Source: Gemmatimonadota bacterium | Lineage (GTDB): Bacteria; Gemmatimonadota; Gemmatimonadetes; Gemmatimonadales; GWC2-71-9 | NCBI GenBank assembly: GCA_003220795.1 | Contig: QHTK01000058.1 | Coordinates: forward strand, 756 to 64,755 | DNA: 64,000 nucleotides | Direction: 5' to 3' | In this document: positions 17,885 through 26,957 of the stretch, one piece after another | Layout of the letters: every line of letters begins with the position of its first letter | How positions within the stretch are numbered: position 1 is the first letter of the stretch | Made by a program: the position numbers and the translations under genes | Notes under the pieces: generated by a model | What the model was told of the DNA's origin: nothing | Database searches by the model: none | The model's input: only the letters and a program-made list of their open reading frames with translations

Positions 17885-18928
17885 ATGCGCCGTGTATCGT
17901 TGGCTCTGCTCCTCTTCGTCGTCGCATCTGCCATCGGGTCGCTGAGCGCGCAGTCGCTCATGTACCGAGCTCCGGACCTCGGGGGCACGTGGGTGAGCGA
18001 GGCGGGCGTCGTGCAATTCAACTTCGTGCACCGATTTCACGTCTTCCCTGGGCCCGCCAACGCCGTCGTCAACTATCCCGCTTTCACGCTGGCGGCCGGC
18101 GTGGGCCACAACCTCGACTTCGGTCTCCATTTCGGGACCAAGAGCAGGATCCCGTCCAGCGGTGGATCATCCAACGAGAGCGAATGGTTCGCCCGGTGGC
18201 GAGTGTTCGGAGGACCGGAAGGAAGGGAGGGCTTCGCGGTGGCGGTCACGCCCGCGTACAACAAGCTGGCGAAGAGCGTGGATGGTGAGCTCGGTATCGA
18301 CTGGACCCGTGGGCCCCTGACGCTCTCGGCGGCCGCCCGCGGCATGACGAAGCCGCTCGCCGCGTCGCGCGCCAGGGCGTCCTTCGGCGGAGGAGTGGTG
18401 GCCCGTGTCACGCCGTACGTCGCGCTCAGCGCCGACGTCGGATCGTTCGTGGGACCCACGACACTCGCCGTCTGGGGAGTCGCGCTGAACGTGGTGATTC
18501 CCGGCTCGCCTCACACGTTTGCCTTCGAGGCGGGGAGCGCCTCCCTCAACACGATTCAGGGAAATTCGCTCGGCTCGAACGACGTGCGGTACGGCTTCGA
18601 GTTCACGATCCCGCTGCACCTGAAGCGCTTCAGCCCGTGGTTCCACGGGACCGGCAGGGCGAAGCTGGTCGTTCCGGAGGGGGCCGCCGTCGTGAGAATC
18701 GCGCAGTACAAGTTCGCGACCGACACCGTGCGAATCGCCGCCGGCGCGACGGTCGTCTGGGCGAACGACGATGTCGCGGAGCACACGGTCACTTTCGAGG
18801 GCACCGAGCCGGGCTCGCCGACGCTCGCCCCTGGTGGCACGTTCAGCCACCGGTTCGATCGTCCCGGGACGTATCTCTACCACTGCACCCCCCACCCCTT
18901 CATGAAGGGGGTCGTGATCGTCAGGTGA
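17885..18928 (+). CDS. secreted protein: N-terminal domain of unknown function fused to a C-terminal type-1 copper cupredoxin domain
   Basis: The signal peptide is MRRVSLALLLFVVASAIGSLSAQ. The C-terminus (VVWANDDVAEHTV...YLYHCTPHPFMKGVVIV) supplies the H...C-x2-H-x2-M copper ligand pattern of plastocyanin/amicyanin-like proteins. Confidence 0.75.
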   Translation: MRRVSLALLLFVVASAIGSLSAQSLMYRAPDLGGTWVSEAGVVQFNFVHRFHVFPGPANAVVNYPAFTLAAGVGHNLDFGLHFGTKSRIPSSGGSSNESEWFARWRVFGGPEGREGFAVAVTPAYNKLAKSVDGELGIDWTRGPLTLSAAARGMTKPLAASRARASFGGGVVARVTPYVALSADVGSFVGPTTLAVWGVALNVVIPGSPHTFAFEAGSASLNTIQGNSLGSNDVRYGFEFTIPLHLKRFSPWFHGTGRAKLVVPEGAAVVRIAQYKFATDTVRIAAGATVVWANDDVAEHTVTFEGTEPGSPTLAPGGTFSHRFDRPGTYLYHCTPHPFMKGVVIVR

Positions 18929-18934
18929 ACGGCC

Positions 18935-18957
18935 GGGGAAGGGGGAAAGGGGAAGGG
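18935..18957 (+). repeat. tandem G-rich heptamers (GGGGGAA type), G-quadruplex-capable
   Basis: The sequence is GGGGAAGGGGGAAAGGGGAAGGG. It lies between the cupredoxin stop (18926-28) and the next ATG (18961) and is nearly identical to 9824-9847. Confidence 0.9.
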
Positions 18958-18960
18958 TAG

Positions 18961-19632
18961 ATGCCGGACGACTTGGATCGCCTGTTCGAGCGGCTGGTGC
19001 GGGTGCTGGCGGACGAAGCCCCCGGGCGGCTCGCCGTGCCGTTCCCCGCCGCGGAGGTGTACGAGCGGCTGGTGCCGTACCGCTCCAACCGCTCCGCCCT
19101 CAAGGTCGCGACCCACCAGGACTACGAGATGGCCGTGCTGCGGTTGCTGTCTGGCGAGCGCGGCTACGTCTCGCTCGATCCGGCGGAGGTCCAGGAGGCG
19201 CTGCGGCGCGAGGCGGGAGAGGTCAATCCGGATCCCGGCCTGTTCCGCCAGTTCCCCGATGCGGTCCTCAGTCTCAACCGTCTGGCCGCCGAGCGCTTCC
19301 TGCGCGGCGATCGGGTCTACGCGCCGCCAGCGCTCGTTCCCGACGACGCCCACCCCGCTTCGCCACGTCCCGAGGCGCCCGTGGTGGGGGCACCGGAAGA
19401 GGAAGGGGCGGGGGACGCGGTCGGATCGGCGTTCGAGTTGGCGGAGCAGAGCGAGTCTCCGCGGCAGTGCCCGTATTGCGGGGAGACGCTGCCGGGAGGC
19501 CGCAAGGTGAACTTCTGCCCGCAGTGCGGTCAGCCGCCATCGGGCGAGCTACGCTGTCCCGCGTGCGGCAGCGAAGTCGACGTCGGGTGGCGCTACTGCG
19601 CCGGCTGCGGCCGCGCCACCGGCTTCGAGTGA
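18961..19632 (+). CDS. hypothetical protein with a C-terminal double zinc ribbon
   Basis: The C-terminus reads CPYCGETL...CPQCG...CPACGSEV...CAGCG (four CxxC pairs). I do not recognise the N-terminal 170 aa. Confidence 0.6.
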   Translation: MPDDLDRLFERLVRVLADEAPGRLAVPFPAAEVYERLVPYRSNRSALKVATHQDYEMAVLRLLSGERGYVSLDPAEVQEALRREAGEVNPDPGLFRQFPDAVLSLNRLAAERFLRGDRVYAPPALVPDDAHPASPRPEAPVVGAPEEEGAGDAVGSAFELAEQSESPRQCPYCGETLPGGRKVNFCPQCGQPPSGELRCPACGSEVDVGWRYCAGCGRATGFE

Positions 19633-20660
19633 AGCGCCATCGCGTCGCGGTGATCGCCGGCGACGGGATCGGGCCTGAGGTGATCGGCGCAGCCCTGCCG
19701 GTGCTCGAGCGCGCGGCAGCATGCCACGGCTTTGGGCTCGACCTCGAGCGACTTCCCTATTCGGCCGACCACTACCTCAGAACGAAGGAGACGCTTCCCG
19801 ACGGGGCGTTCCGTCACCTGCGCGACGACGTGGAGGCGATCCTGCTCGGCGCATTGGGCGACCCGCGCGTCCCAGGCAACGAGCACGCGCGCGACATCCT
19901 GCTGGGACTGCGCTTTCGGTTGGACCTGTACATCAACTTTCGGCCCATTACCCTGTTGCACCCCAGCCTCACCCCGCTGCGCTCGGATCGCCCGATAGAC
20001 TTCGTCATCTTTCGGGAAAACACCGAAGGGGTCTATCTCGGCAAGGGCCGCATCGACGGCGAGCGCTACGTCGCGGAGGAGATCAACACCATCAAGGGAG
20101 TCGAGCGGATCATCCGAGCGGCGTTCGAGTGGGCGACGGCGCGCGGCAAGACGCGCGTCACGATGAGCGACAAGGCGAACGCAGTGCCGGCCCACAAGGT
20201 GTGGCAGGAGACGTTCAAGCGGGTCGCGGCGGCGTTCCCCGGCATTACGGCCGAGCACCGCTACGTGGACGCCCTCGCGCTGGAGCTGGTGCGCGAGCCC
20301 GAGCGCTTTCAAGTCATCGTCACAAACAACCTGTACGGCGACATCCTCTCCGACTTGGGCGCGGGGCTCGTCGGTGGCCTCGGCCTCGCGGCGAGCGCGA
20401 ACCTCCACCCCGGCCGCGGGGGACTGTTCGAGCCGGTGCACGGCTCCGCTCCGCTGCTCGCGGGGCAAGGCATCGCCAACCCGATAGCGGCGGTGCTCAC
20501 GGGCGCGTTGATGTTCGAGCAGCTGGGTCATGCCGCCGCCGCTCGGGACCTGGAGCGCGCCGTCAAGGAAACGCTGGCGGCGGGGGTGCGGACGCCGGAT
20601 CTCGGCGGCGGCGCGCGCACCGGCGACGTCGCGGACGCGATCGCCCAGCGCCTCTCCTAG
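19629..20660 (+). CDS. isopropylmalate/tartrate/isocitrate dehydrogenase-family oxidative decarboxylase
   Basis: It overlaps the upstream gene by GTGA. The motifs are RVAVIAGDGIGPEV, FRENTEG and NLYGDILSDL. The substrate (LeuB versus tartrate dehydrogenase type) cannot be decided by eye. Confidence 0.85.
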   Translation: MKRHRVAVIAGDGIGPEVIGAALPVLERAAACHGFGLDLERLPYSADHYLRTKETLPDGAFRHLRDDVEAILLGALGDPRVPGNEHARDILLGLRFRLDLYINFRPITLLHPSLTPLRSDRPIDFVIFRENTEGVYLGKGRIDGERYVAEEINTIKGVERIIRAAFEWATARGKTRVTMSDKANAVPAHKVWQETFKRVAAAFPGITAEHRYVDALALELVREPERFQVIVTNNLYGDILSDLGAGLVGGLGLAASANLHPGRGGLFEPVHGSAPLLAGQGIANPIAAVLTGALMFEQLGHAAAARDLERAVKETLAAGVRTPDLGGGARTGDVADAIAQRLS

Positions 20661-20670
20661 GACTAGGAGC

Positions 20671-22353
20671 ATGCCCCGTACGCGCCACCTGACGCTGGCC
20701 ACCCTGCTCCTTACCATGACTCGAGCGGCCGATTCGCAGCAGCCTCCCCGTCCCACCACGCTGGCGCACCGCTCGACGGTGTACGCGCCGCACGGCATGA
20801 TCGCCACGAGCCAGCCCCTCGCGACCGCCGCGGGCCTCGCCGTGCTCGCGCGCGGCGGCAACGCCGTCGACGCGGCGGTCACGGCCGCCGCCGTGCTCAA
20901 CGTGGTGGAGCCGCAGATGACCGGAATCGGCGGAGACATGTTCGCCATGGTGTGGTCGGCCAAGGACCGCCGGCTGTACGGGCTCAACGGCAGCGGTCGC
21001 GCCGGGAGTCTCATGACGCGTGACGCGCTGCTCGCGAAGGGCCACGCCACGATGCCGCAGGAAAGCGTCGAAGACGTGACGGTTCCGGGCGCCCTGTCGG
21101 GATGGGACGCCCTGCTCCGCCGCTTCGGGACGGTCACGTTGGCGCAGGCGCTCGCACCGGCCATCGGCTACGCCGAGGGCGGCTTTCCCGTCACCCCGAT
21201 CATCACCGCGGAGTGGGGGGCCGAGGTCGCCAAGCTGCGCAAGGACGAGGGCGCGCGCGCGAGCTATCTCGTGGAAGGGAGCCGAGCCCCGCGGCCCGGC
21301 GAATGGTTCAGGAATCCCGATCTGGCACGCACGCTGCGACTCATCGCGGAGCAGGGGATCGGCGAGCTGTACGGCGGCGAGCTCGGCCGCCGCATCGCGG
21401 AGCGCGTGCGCGCGCTGGGCGGCTACCTCACGGTCGACGACTTCAAGAGCCACCGGCCGGAATGGGTCGAGCCGATTGCCGTGACGTTCAGGGGCTATCG
21501 CGTGTGGGAGCTCCCGCCCAACAGCCAGGGCGTCGCGGCGCTCGAGATGCTCAAGATCCTCGAGCCGTTCGACCTGAAAGGGTTGGGTCACAACAGCGCC
21601 GCGTACCTTCACCTCTTGATCGAGACGAAGAAGCTCGCGTACGCGGACATCGCGCGGTACACGGGCGACCCCGCGGCGATGAGTGTGCCCACGGGTAGCC
21701 TGCTCACCGATGCGTACGCCGCGTCGCGGCGTGCGCTCATCGACCCCGCCCGCGCCGCAGACCGCCCCGCGCCCGGGAAGCCGCTGACCGCGAGCGAGAC
21801 GATCTACCTCACCGTCGCCGACTCGAGCGGCAACATCGTGTCGTTCATCAACTCGCTGTACGATGCGTTCGGCTCCGGTGTGGTCGTGCCGGGCACCGGG
21901 TTCGCGCTGCAGGACCGTGGCGCGGGATTCACGCTCGAGCCGGGGCTGCCGAACACGGTCGCCCCAGGGAAGCGACCGTTCCATACCATCATCCCCGCGT
22001 TCGTCACGCGGCCCGACGGCGCGGGTGGCGACGCGCCCTGGCTCAGCTTCGGGGTCATGGGCGGGTCCATGCAGCCGCAAGGCCACGTGCAGCTGCTGCT
22101 CAACCTGATCGTGTTCGGCATGGATCTCCAGGACGCGATCGACGCCCCCCGCTTCCGGCACCTGGAGGGGCGGCGTGTCGCGCTGGAGGCCCCGATCACC
22201 GACGCGGTGCGAAGTGCGCTCGCCGCGCTGGGCCACGAGGTGACGTCTGAGGCCGCCGTCGCCTTCGGCGGAGCGCAGGCGATCCTGCGGCTGCCGCGGG
22301 GTTACGCCGGCGGCTCGGATCCGCGCAAGGATGGCATGGCCGCCGGCTACTGA
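20671..22353 (+). CDS. ggt: gamma-glutamyltranspeptidase
   Basis: AGGAG lies upstream of ATG 20671 and the protein has a signal peptide. The motifs are GMIATSQPLAT, GGNAVDAAV and the autoprocessing site region SETIYLTVADS, plus GGSMQPQG. Confidence 0.9.
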   Translation: MPRTRHLTLATLLLTMTRAADSQQPPRPTTLAHRSTVYAPHGMIATSQPLATAAGLAVLARGGNAVDAAVTAAAVLNVVEPQMTGIGGDMFAMVWSAKDRRLYGLNGSGRAGSLMTRDALLAKGHATMPQESVEDVTVPGALSGWDALLRRFGTVTLAQALAPAIGYAEGGFPVTPIITAEWGAEVAKLRKDEGARASYLVEGSRAPRPGEWFRNPDLARTLRLIAEQGIGELYGGELGRRIAERVRALGGYLTVDDFKSHRPEWVEPIAVTFRGYRVWELPPNSQGVAALEMLKILEPFDLKGLGHNSAAYLHLLIETKKLAYADIARYTGDPAAMSVPTGSLLTDAYAASRRALIDPARAADRPAPGKPLTASETIYLTVADSSGNIVSFINSLYDAFGSGVVVPGTGFALQDRGAGFTLEPGLPNTVAPGKRPFHTIIPAFVTRPDGAGGDAPWLSFGVMGGSMQPQGHVQLLLNLIVFGMDLQDAIDAPRFRHLEGRRVALEAPITDAVRSALAALGHEVTSEAAVAFGGAQAILRLPRGYAGGSDPRKDGMAAGY

Positions 22354-22430
22354 GCACGGCCGAGCGTTCGCGCCCTACCGCGCTCCCTCCATTCCGCCGA
22401 TATTCCTCGGTCTAACGCGGAGCTTCCCCC

Positions 22431-23636
22431 ATGAAAACCCAGGGTTCCCATAAAGACGTAGTCTTCCTCTCCGGCGTCCGCACGGGGTTCGGCGGGTTCG
22501 GCGGGTCCCTCAAGGACCTCTCGGCGATCGAGCTCGGTGCGGTCGCGGCGCAGCACGCGCTGGAACGCTCAGGGGTGCCGGCGGCCGACGTGGGCCACAC
22601 GGTCTTCGGCAACGCGCTCCAGACCTCGGCGGATGCGATCTATTGCGCGCGTCACGTTGGGCTCAAGGCGGGCCTCCCGATCGAGGTGCCCGCGGTGACG
22701 GTCAACCGGCTGTGCGGCTCGGGCTTCGAGGCGATCACCCAAGGCGCGCAGCTCATCCTGCTGGGCGAGGCGAACGCGGTGCTGGCGGGCGGCACGGAGT
22801 CCATGAGCCAGGCGCCCCACGTGGTGCGCGGCGCCCGGTGGGGTTTGCGGCTCGGCCCCGCTGCCCCCCTCGAAGACCTCTTGTGGGAGGCGCTCAAGGA
22901 CCCACAGTGCGGCCTCTCCATGGCCGAGACGGCGGAAAACCTGGCGGAGCGCTACAAGCTCACCCGGAAGGAAGTGGACGAGGTCGCGCTCGCGTCGCAG
23001 CAGCGCGCCAAACAAGCGTGGGACGCGTGCGTCTTCCAGGACGAGGTGGTCCCGGTCCCCATCAAGCAGAAGGGCCAGACTATCGAATACCGCAAGGACG
23101 AGCACATGCGGCCGGACACGACGCTGCAGGTATTGCTCGGCCTCAAACCCTACTTCAAGAAGGACGGGCTCGTGACGGCCGGCAACGCCTCCGGGATCGT
23201 GGACGGGGCGGCGGCCACCGTGATCGCGGGCGAGGATTTCGCCAGGACGCACGGCCTCAAGCCCTTGGGCCGGCTCGTGGCGTGGGCCGTGGCGGGGGTC
23301 GAGCCCAAGTACATGGGCATCGGCCCGGCGCCCGCCACCCGCAAGGCGCTGCAGAAAGCCGGGATGAAGCTCGAGCAGCTCGATCTGATCGAGGTGAACG
23401 AGGCGTTTGCGCCGCAGTACCTCGCGGTCGAGAAGGAGCTGGGGCTCGACCGCGCCAAGACCAACGTGGACGGCGGCGCCGTCGCGATCGGCCATCCGCT
23501 CGCTGCGACCGGCACGCGCATCACCATCCACCTGCTTCACGCCCTGCGACGGCGCAAGTTGCGGTTCGGATTGGGCTCCGCTTGCATCGGGGGCGGCCAG
23601 GGGGCGGCGGTGATCGTGGAAGCCTTCCCGGCCTGA
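22431..23636 (+). CDS. acetyl-CoA C-acetyltransferase (thiolase II)
   Basis: The active-site Cys lies in VNRLCGSG. The C-terminal motifs are [17 protein letters not shown] and [12 protein letters not shown]. Confidence 0.93.
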   Translation: MKTQGSHKDVVFLSGVRTGFGGFGGSLKDLSAIELGAVAAQHALERSGVPAADVGHTVFGNALQTSADAIYCARHVGLKAGLPIEVPAVTVNRLCGSGFEAITQGAQLILLGEANAVLAGGTESMSQAPHVVRGARWGLRLGPAAPLEDLLWEALKDPQCGLSMAETAENLAERYKLTRKEVDEVALASQQRAKQAWDACVFQDEVVPVPIKQKGQTIEYRKDEHMRPDTTLQVLLGLKPYFKKDGLVTAGNASGIVDGAAATVIAGEDFARTHGLKPLGRLVAWAVAGVEPKYMGIGPAPATRKALQKAGMKLEQLDLIEVNEAFAPQYLAVEKELGLDRAKTNVDGGAVAIGHPLAATGTRITIHLLHALRRRKLRFGLGSACIGGGQGAAVIVEAFPA

Positions 23637-23649
23637 GGAGGAGCTCTCG

Positions 23650-24480
23650 ATGGACATGATCGTCACCGCCGTCCTCGGCGGGCTGGCGCTGTACCTGTTC
23701 GGAGGCCTCAAGGTGCTTCGCGAGTACGAGCGCGCCGTCTATTTCTTTCTGGGCCGCTCGTGGGGCGCGAAGGGGCCCGGCCTCATCTACGTGCCGCCCT
23801 TGTTCGCGAAGACGCAGACCGTGAGCCTGCGCGTCGTCGCGCTGGACATCCCGCCGCAGGACGTGATCACGCGCGACAACATCTCCATCAAGGTGAACGC
23901 AGTCCTGTACATGCTGGTGCGCGATCCCGTCAAGGCCGTGATCGGCGTCGAGAACTACCTGTACGCGACGAGCCAGCTCGCCCAGACGACGCTGCGCTCG
24001 GTGCTGGGCGAGACCGAGCTCGACGAGCTGCTGATGAGCCGCGAGAAGATCAACAACATCCTCAAGAACATCATCGACAAGCGCACCGAGAATTGGGGGA
24101 TCGAGGTCACGGCGGTAGAGGTGAAGGACGTGGATCTGCCTCCCGAGATGAAGCGCGCCATGGCGCGGCAGGCCGAAGCGGAGCGGGAGCGCCGGGCGAA
24201 GATCATCAACGCCGAAGGGGAGCTGCAGGCCTCCGAGAAGCTCGCGCAGGCGGCGCGCATCATCGGCTCGGAGCCCGCCGCGATCCAGCTGCGCTACCTG
24301 CAGACCGTGACCGAGATCTCGTCGGAAAACAACTCGACGACATTCTTCCCGATCCCGATCGACCTATTCAAGGGATTCCTCGACGCGGTGACCAAAAAGA
24401 CGACGACCCCGGCGCTGCCGGAGCGGACGTCGGGCGAGACGCTGCCGGCTGCGCCGGAGAAGAGCAAGGTCCAGGCGTAG
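23650..24480 (+). CDS. SPFH/Band-7 (stomatin-like) membrane protein
   Basis: It has an N-terminal TM segment. The motifs are [37 protein letters not shown] and the coiled-coil segment [14 protein letters not shown]. Confidence 0.9.
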   Translation: MDMIVTAVLGGLALYLFGGLKVLREYERAVYFFLGRSWGAKGPGLIYVPPLFAKTQTVSLRVVALDIPPQDVITRDNISIKVNAVLYMLVRDPVKAVIGVENYLYATSQLAQTTLRSVLGETELDELLMSREKINNILKNIIDKRTENWGIEVTAVEVKDVDLPPEMKRAMARQAEAERERRAKIINAEGELQASEKLAQAARIIGSEPAAIQLRYLQTVTEISSENNSTTFFPIPIDLFKGFLDAVTKKTTTPALPERTSGETLPAAPEKSKVQA

Positions 24481-24482
24481 CG

Positions 24483-25322
24483 ATGCCCGCCGAGCTGATC
24501 AGCCGCGAGGCGCTCGAGCGAATCATCCAACGCGCCGCCGAGCTCCAGGCTGCGGAGCGCGACATCGGCGACGGGCTGACGAAGGACGAGCTGCTCGCGC
24601 TAGGGCAGGACGTCGGCATTCCCGCGCGTTACCTGCAGCAGGCGCTGCTCGAGGAGCGGACCCGCAGCGTCGTGGAGCAGGGGCGGGGCGCCCTCGCCTG
24701 GCTGGCGGGACCATCGCGGCTCTCCGCTGCGCGCGTCGCCCCGGGTGACCGCGCCGCCATCCTGAAGGCCCTGGGCGCGTGGATGGAGAACGAGGAGCTG
24801 CTGCAAGTGAAGCGGCGCCACGCCGACCGCACCAGCTGGGAGCCTAAGGTGGGCGCGTTCGCGTCGATCCAGCGGGCGCTCGGCACCAAGGGCAAGGGGT
24901 ACGCCCTGGCGCGCGCCGCGGAAGTGGCGGGCCAGGTGACCCAGCTCGAGCCGGGCTTCTGTCACGTGCAGCTCGTGGCGAACTTGCAGAACTTGCGTCG
25001 GGCGCGCCTCACCGGTGCGGGCGCGCTCGCCGCGGTGTCAGGCGCGGCTGTGGCCTTGGGCGCCGTCGTGCCGATCGCCCTGATCTCACCGCTCCTGTTC
25101 GTCACGGGAGCCGTGCTCGGGATCGCCGCGATCGTGGTAGCCCGGCGTCACCGCGCGCAGAACGAGCGGGTCCAGGTGGGGCTCGAGCAGGTGCTCGATC
25201 GGCTCGAGCGGGGCGAGATCCGACCCGAGCATGCCCTGCCGGGCCAGAAGGCCAGCGCGTTCGTCCGTATCGCCGACGAGATCCGCATGCTGATAAACCC
25301 CGGGACACCGCCCCGGGGGTAG
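24483..25322 (+). CDS. hypothetical membrane protein encoded 2 nt after the SPFH gene
   Basis: The 279-aa product has a soluble helical N-terminal domain and two adjacent C-terminal TM helices (GALAAVSGAAVALGAVVPIALISPLLFVTGAVLGIAAIVVA). I recognise no NfeD motifs. Confidence 0.6.
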   Translation: MPAELISREALERIIQRAAELQAAERDIGDGLTKDELLALGQDVGIPARYLQQALLEERTRSVVEQGRGALAWLAGPSRLSAARVAPGDRAAILKALGAWMENEELLQVKRRHADRTSWEPKVGAFASIQRALGTKGKGYALARAAEVAGQVTQLEPGFCHVQLVANLQNLRRARLTGAGALAAVSGAAVALGAVVPIALISPLLFVTGAVLGIAAIVVARRHRAQNERVQVGLEQVLDRLERGEIRPEHALPGQKASAFVRIADEIRMLINPGTPPRG

Positions 25323-25355
25323 CCCGACCCACCCGGATAGAAGGCTGGAGGTCCA

Positions 25356-26243
25356 TTGACTGAGATCAAGGGCGTGGGGGTGCTGGGCTGCGGTCTGATG
25401 GGCAGCGGGATCGCGCAGGTCGCCGCGGCCGCGGGCTACGACACGCTGGTGCGCGACGTGTCGCGCGACATCTGGGACCGCGCGCGGGCCGGCATCGAGA
25501 AGTCGCTGGCCAAGTTCGTGGAAAAGGGCAAGCTCACCGCGGCCCAGCGCGACGCCGCGCTCAAGCGGCTCACCTTCACCACGACGACCGGCGACCTCGC
25601 ACGCTGCGACATCGTCGTCGAAGCCGTCACCGAGGATCTGGAGCTCAAGAACGCTCTGTGGCAAGAGCTGGACGGCCGTTCGGCCCCGGCAACGATCTTT
25701 GCCTCCAATACGTCCAGCCTCACCATCGCCGCCATGGCGGCGGCCACGCGCCGGGGCGACCGTTTCGTCGGGCTGCATTTCTTCAACCCGGTGCCGCTGA
25801 TGCCGCTCATCGAGGTCGTGCGTACCGTCACGACGTCGGAGGAGACGTTCCGTCGCGCCTTCGCGTTCGCCAAGTCCCTCGGTAAAGAGCCCGTCGCCGC
25901 CAAGGACAACTCCGGCTTCATCGTGAACCTGCTGCTCGTTCCATACCTGCTCGACGCCATCCGCGCCGTCGAGCACGGCGTCGCCAGCGTGCCCGATATC
26001 GACAAGGCGATGCAACTCGGCTGCGGCTACCCGATGGGCCCGCTCACGTTGCTCGATTTGGTGGGGCTCGACACCACCTACCGGATCGCCGAGATCATGT
26101 TCACCGAGTACCGCGAGCAACGCTACGCCCCGCCCCCACTGCTCAAGCACATGGTGATCGCCGGCCTGAACGGCCGCAAGAGCGGCAAGGGCTTCTACGA
26201 CTACTCCGTCGATCCGCCCAAACTCGTCGCCTTGGGCATCTGA
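25356..26243 (+). CDS. 3-hydroxybutyryl-CoA / 3-hydroxyacyl-CoA dehydrogenase
   Basis: The NAD motif is VGVLGCGLMGSGIAQ. Other motifs are NTSSL, HFFNPVPLMPLIEVV, NSGFIVNLLL and GYPMGPLTLLDLVGLD. Confidence 0.9.
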   Translation: MTEIKGVGVLGCGLMGSGIAQVAAAAGYDTLVRDVSRDIWDRARAGIEKSLAKFVEKGKLTAAQRDAALKRLTFTTTTGDLARCDIVVEAVTEDLELKNALWQELDGRSAPATIFASNTSSLTIAAMAAATRRGDRFVGLHFFNPVPLMPLIEVVRTVTTSEETFRRAFAFAKSLGKEPVAAKDNSGFIVNLLLVPYLLDAIRAVEHGVASVPDIDKAMQLGCGYPMGPLTLLDLVGLDTTYRIAEIMFTEYREQRYAPPPLLKHMVIAGLNGRKSGKGFYDYSVDPPKLVALGI

Positions 26244-26280
26244 CGCGCCGTCGCCCTCCACCACCCACCACAGGACTGGC

Positions 26281-26862
26281 ATGTTCGGCTACGACTGGCC
26301 CCGCTTTCACGCGGCGGTAAACGACCTCCCTGCGGCCTTACTGCTCGTGACGGTGCTGTTCGATGTCGCCGCGTGGCTCACGAAACGCTCCTCCCTCGAG
26401 GCCGCCGCGCGCTGGACGCTGTGGATCGGCGTGATCGGGGGCTGGATGGCCGTGGTCGCCGGACTCGAGGCCGAGGACGCCATCGAGCACGGCGAGGCGA
26501 TTCACGAGCTCATGGAGACGCACGAGACGCTCGCGCTGGTGACGATGGGCATCTTCACCGTCGTGCTTGCCTGGCGGCTGATCCGCCGTGCTCGGTTGGG
26601 CGGCGCGGAGCAGACGGCCGTGCGCCTGCTCAGCGTCGCGGGGCTCGTCGGCATCGTGTGGACGGCGAGGGTCGGCGGAAAGCTCGTGTTCGACCACGCA
26701 GCGGGAATCCCAGCGGCGACGATGCAGGCCGAGATGCACGACCGCGCGGCAGCACACCAGCATCACCCCGGCGAGGCGGACGAGGACGAACACGAGCATG
26801 CGGACTCGCTGGCCGACTCCACGCATCGGCACGGCCCCGGTACGCCGGCGCACAAACACTAA
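26281..26862 (+). CDS. DUF2231-like membrane protein with a His/Asp/Glu-rich C-terminal tail
   Basis: It has four TM segments and begins HAAVNDLPAALLLV. The tail reads HQHHPGEADEDEHEHADSLADSTHRHG. The family name is recalled from memory. Confidence 0.65.
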   Translation: MFGYDWPRFHAAVNDLPAALLLVTVLFDVAAWLTKRSSLEAAARWTLWIGVIGGWMAVVAGLEAEDAIEHGEAIHELMETHETLALVTMGIFTVVLAWRLIRRARLGGAEQTAVRLLSVAGLVGIVWTARVGGKLVFDHAAGIPAATMQAEMHDRAAAHQHHPGEADEDEHEHADSLADSTHRHGPGTPAHKH

Positions 26863-26863
26863 T

Positions 26864-26957
26864 GCGGAACGCGGAATGCGGAACGCGGAACAGAAGGGCG
26901 AGCGTCGTGCCGCGCGATCCTACCCTGCTGTTCCGCGTTCCCACTTCCGCGTTCCGC
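26864..26957. repeat. inverted pair of GCGGAAY heptamer arrays (4 + 4 units) forming a ~30-bp imperfect hairpin
   Basis: The left arm is GCGGAAC GCGGAAT GCGGAAC GCGGAAC (26864-26891). The right arm is GTTCCGC GTTCCCA CTTCCGC GTTCCGC (26930-26957). The arms have 3 mismatches and a 34-nt loop. The element begins 2 nt after the upstream TAA stop. Confidence 0.9.

Noticed and set aside
20563-22236. A 557-aa minus-strand ORF. ORF 19593..21164 (minus, 523 aa) is a similar case.
   Set aside because: Both are antisense to the ggt and dehydrogenase genes and are composition artefacts.
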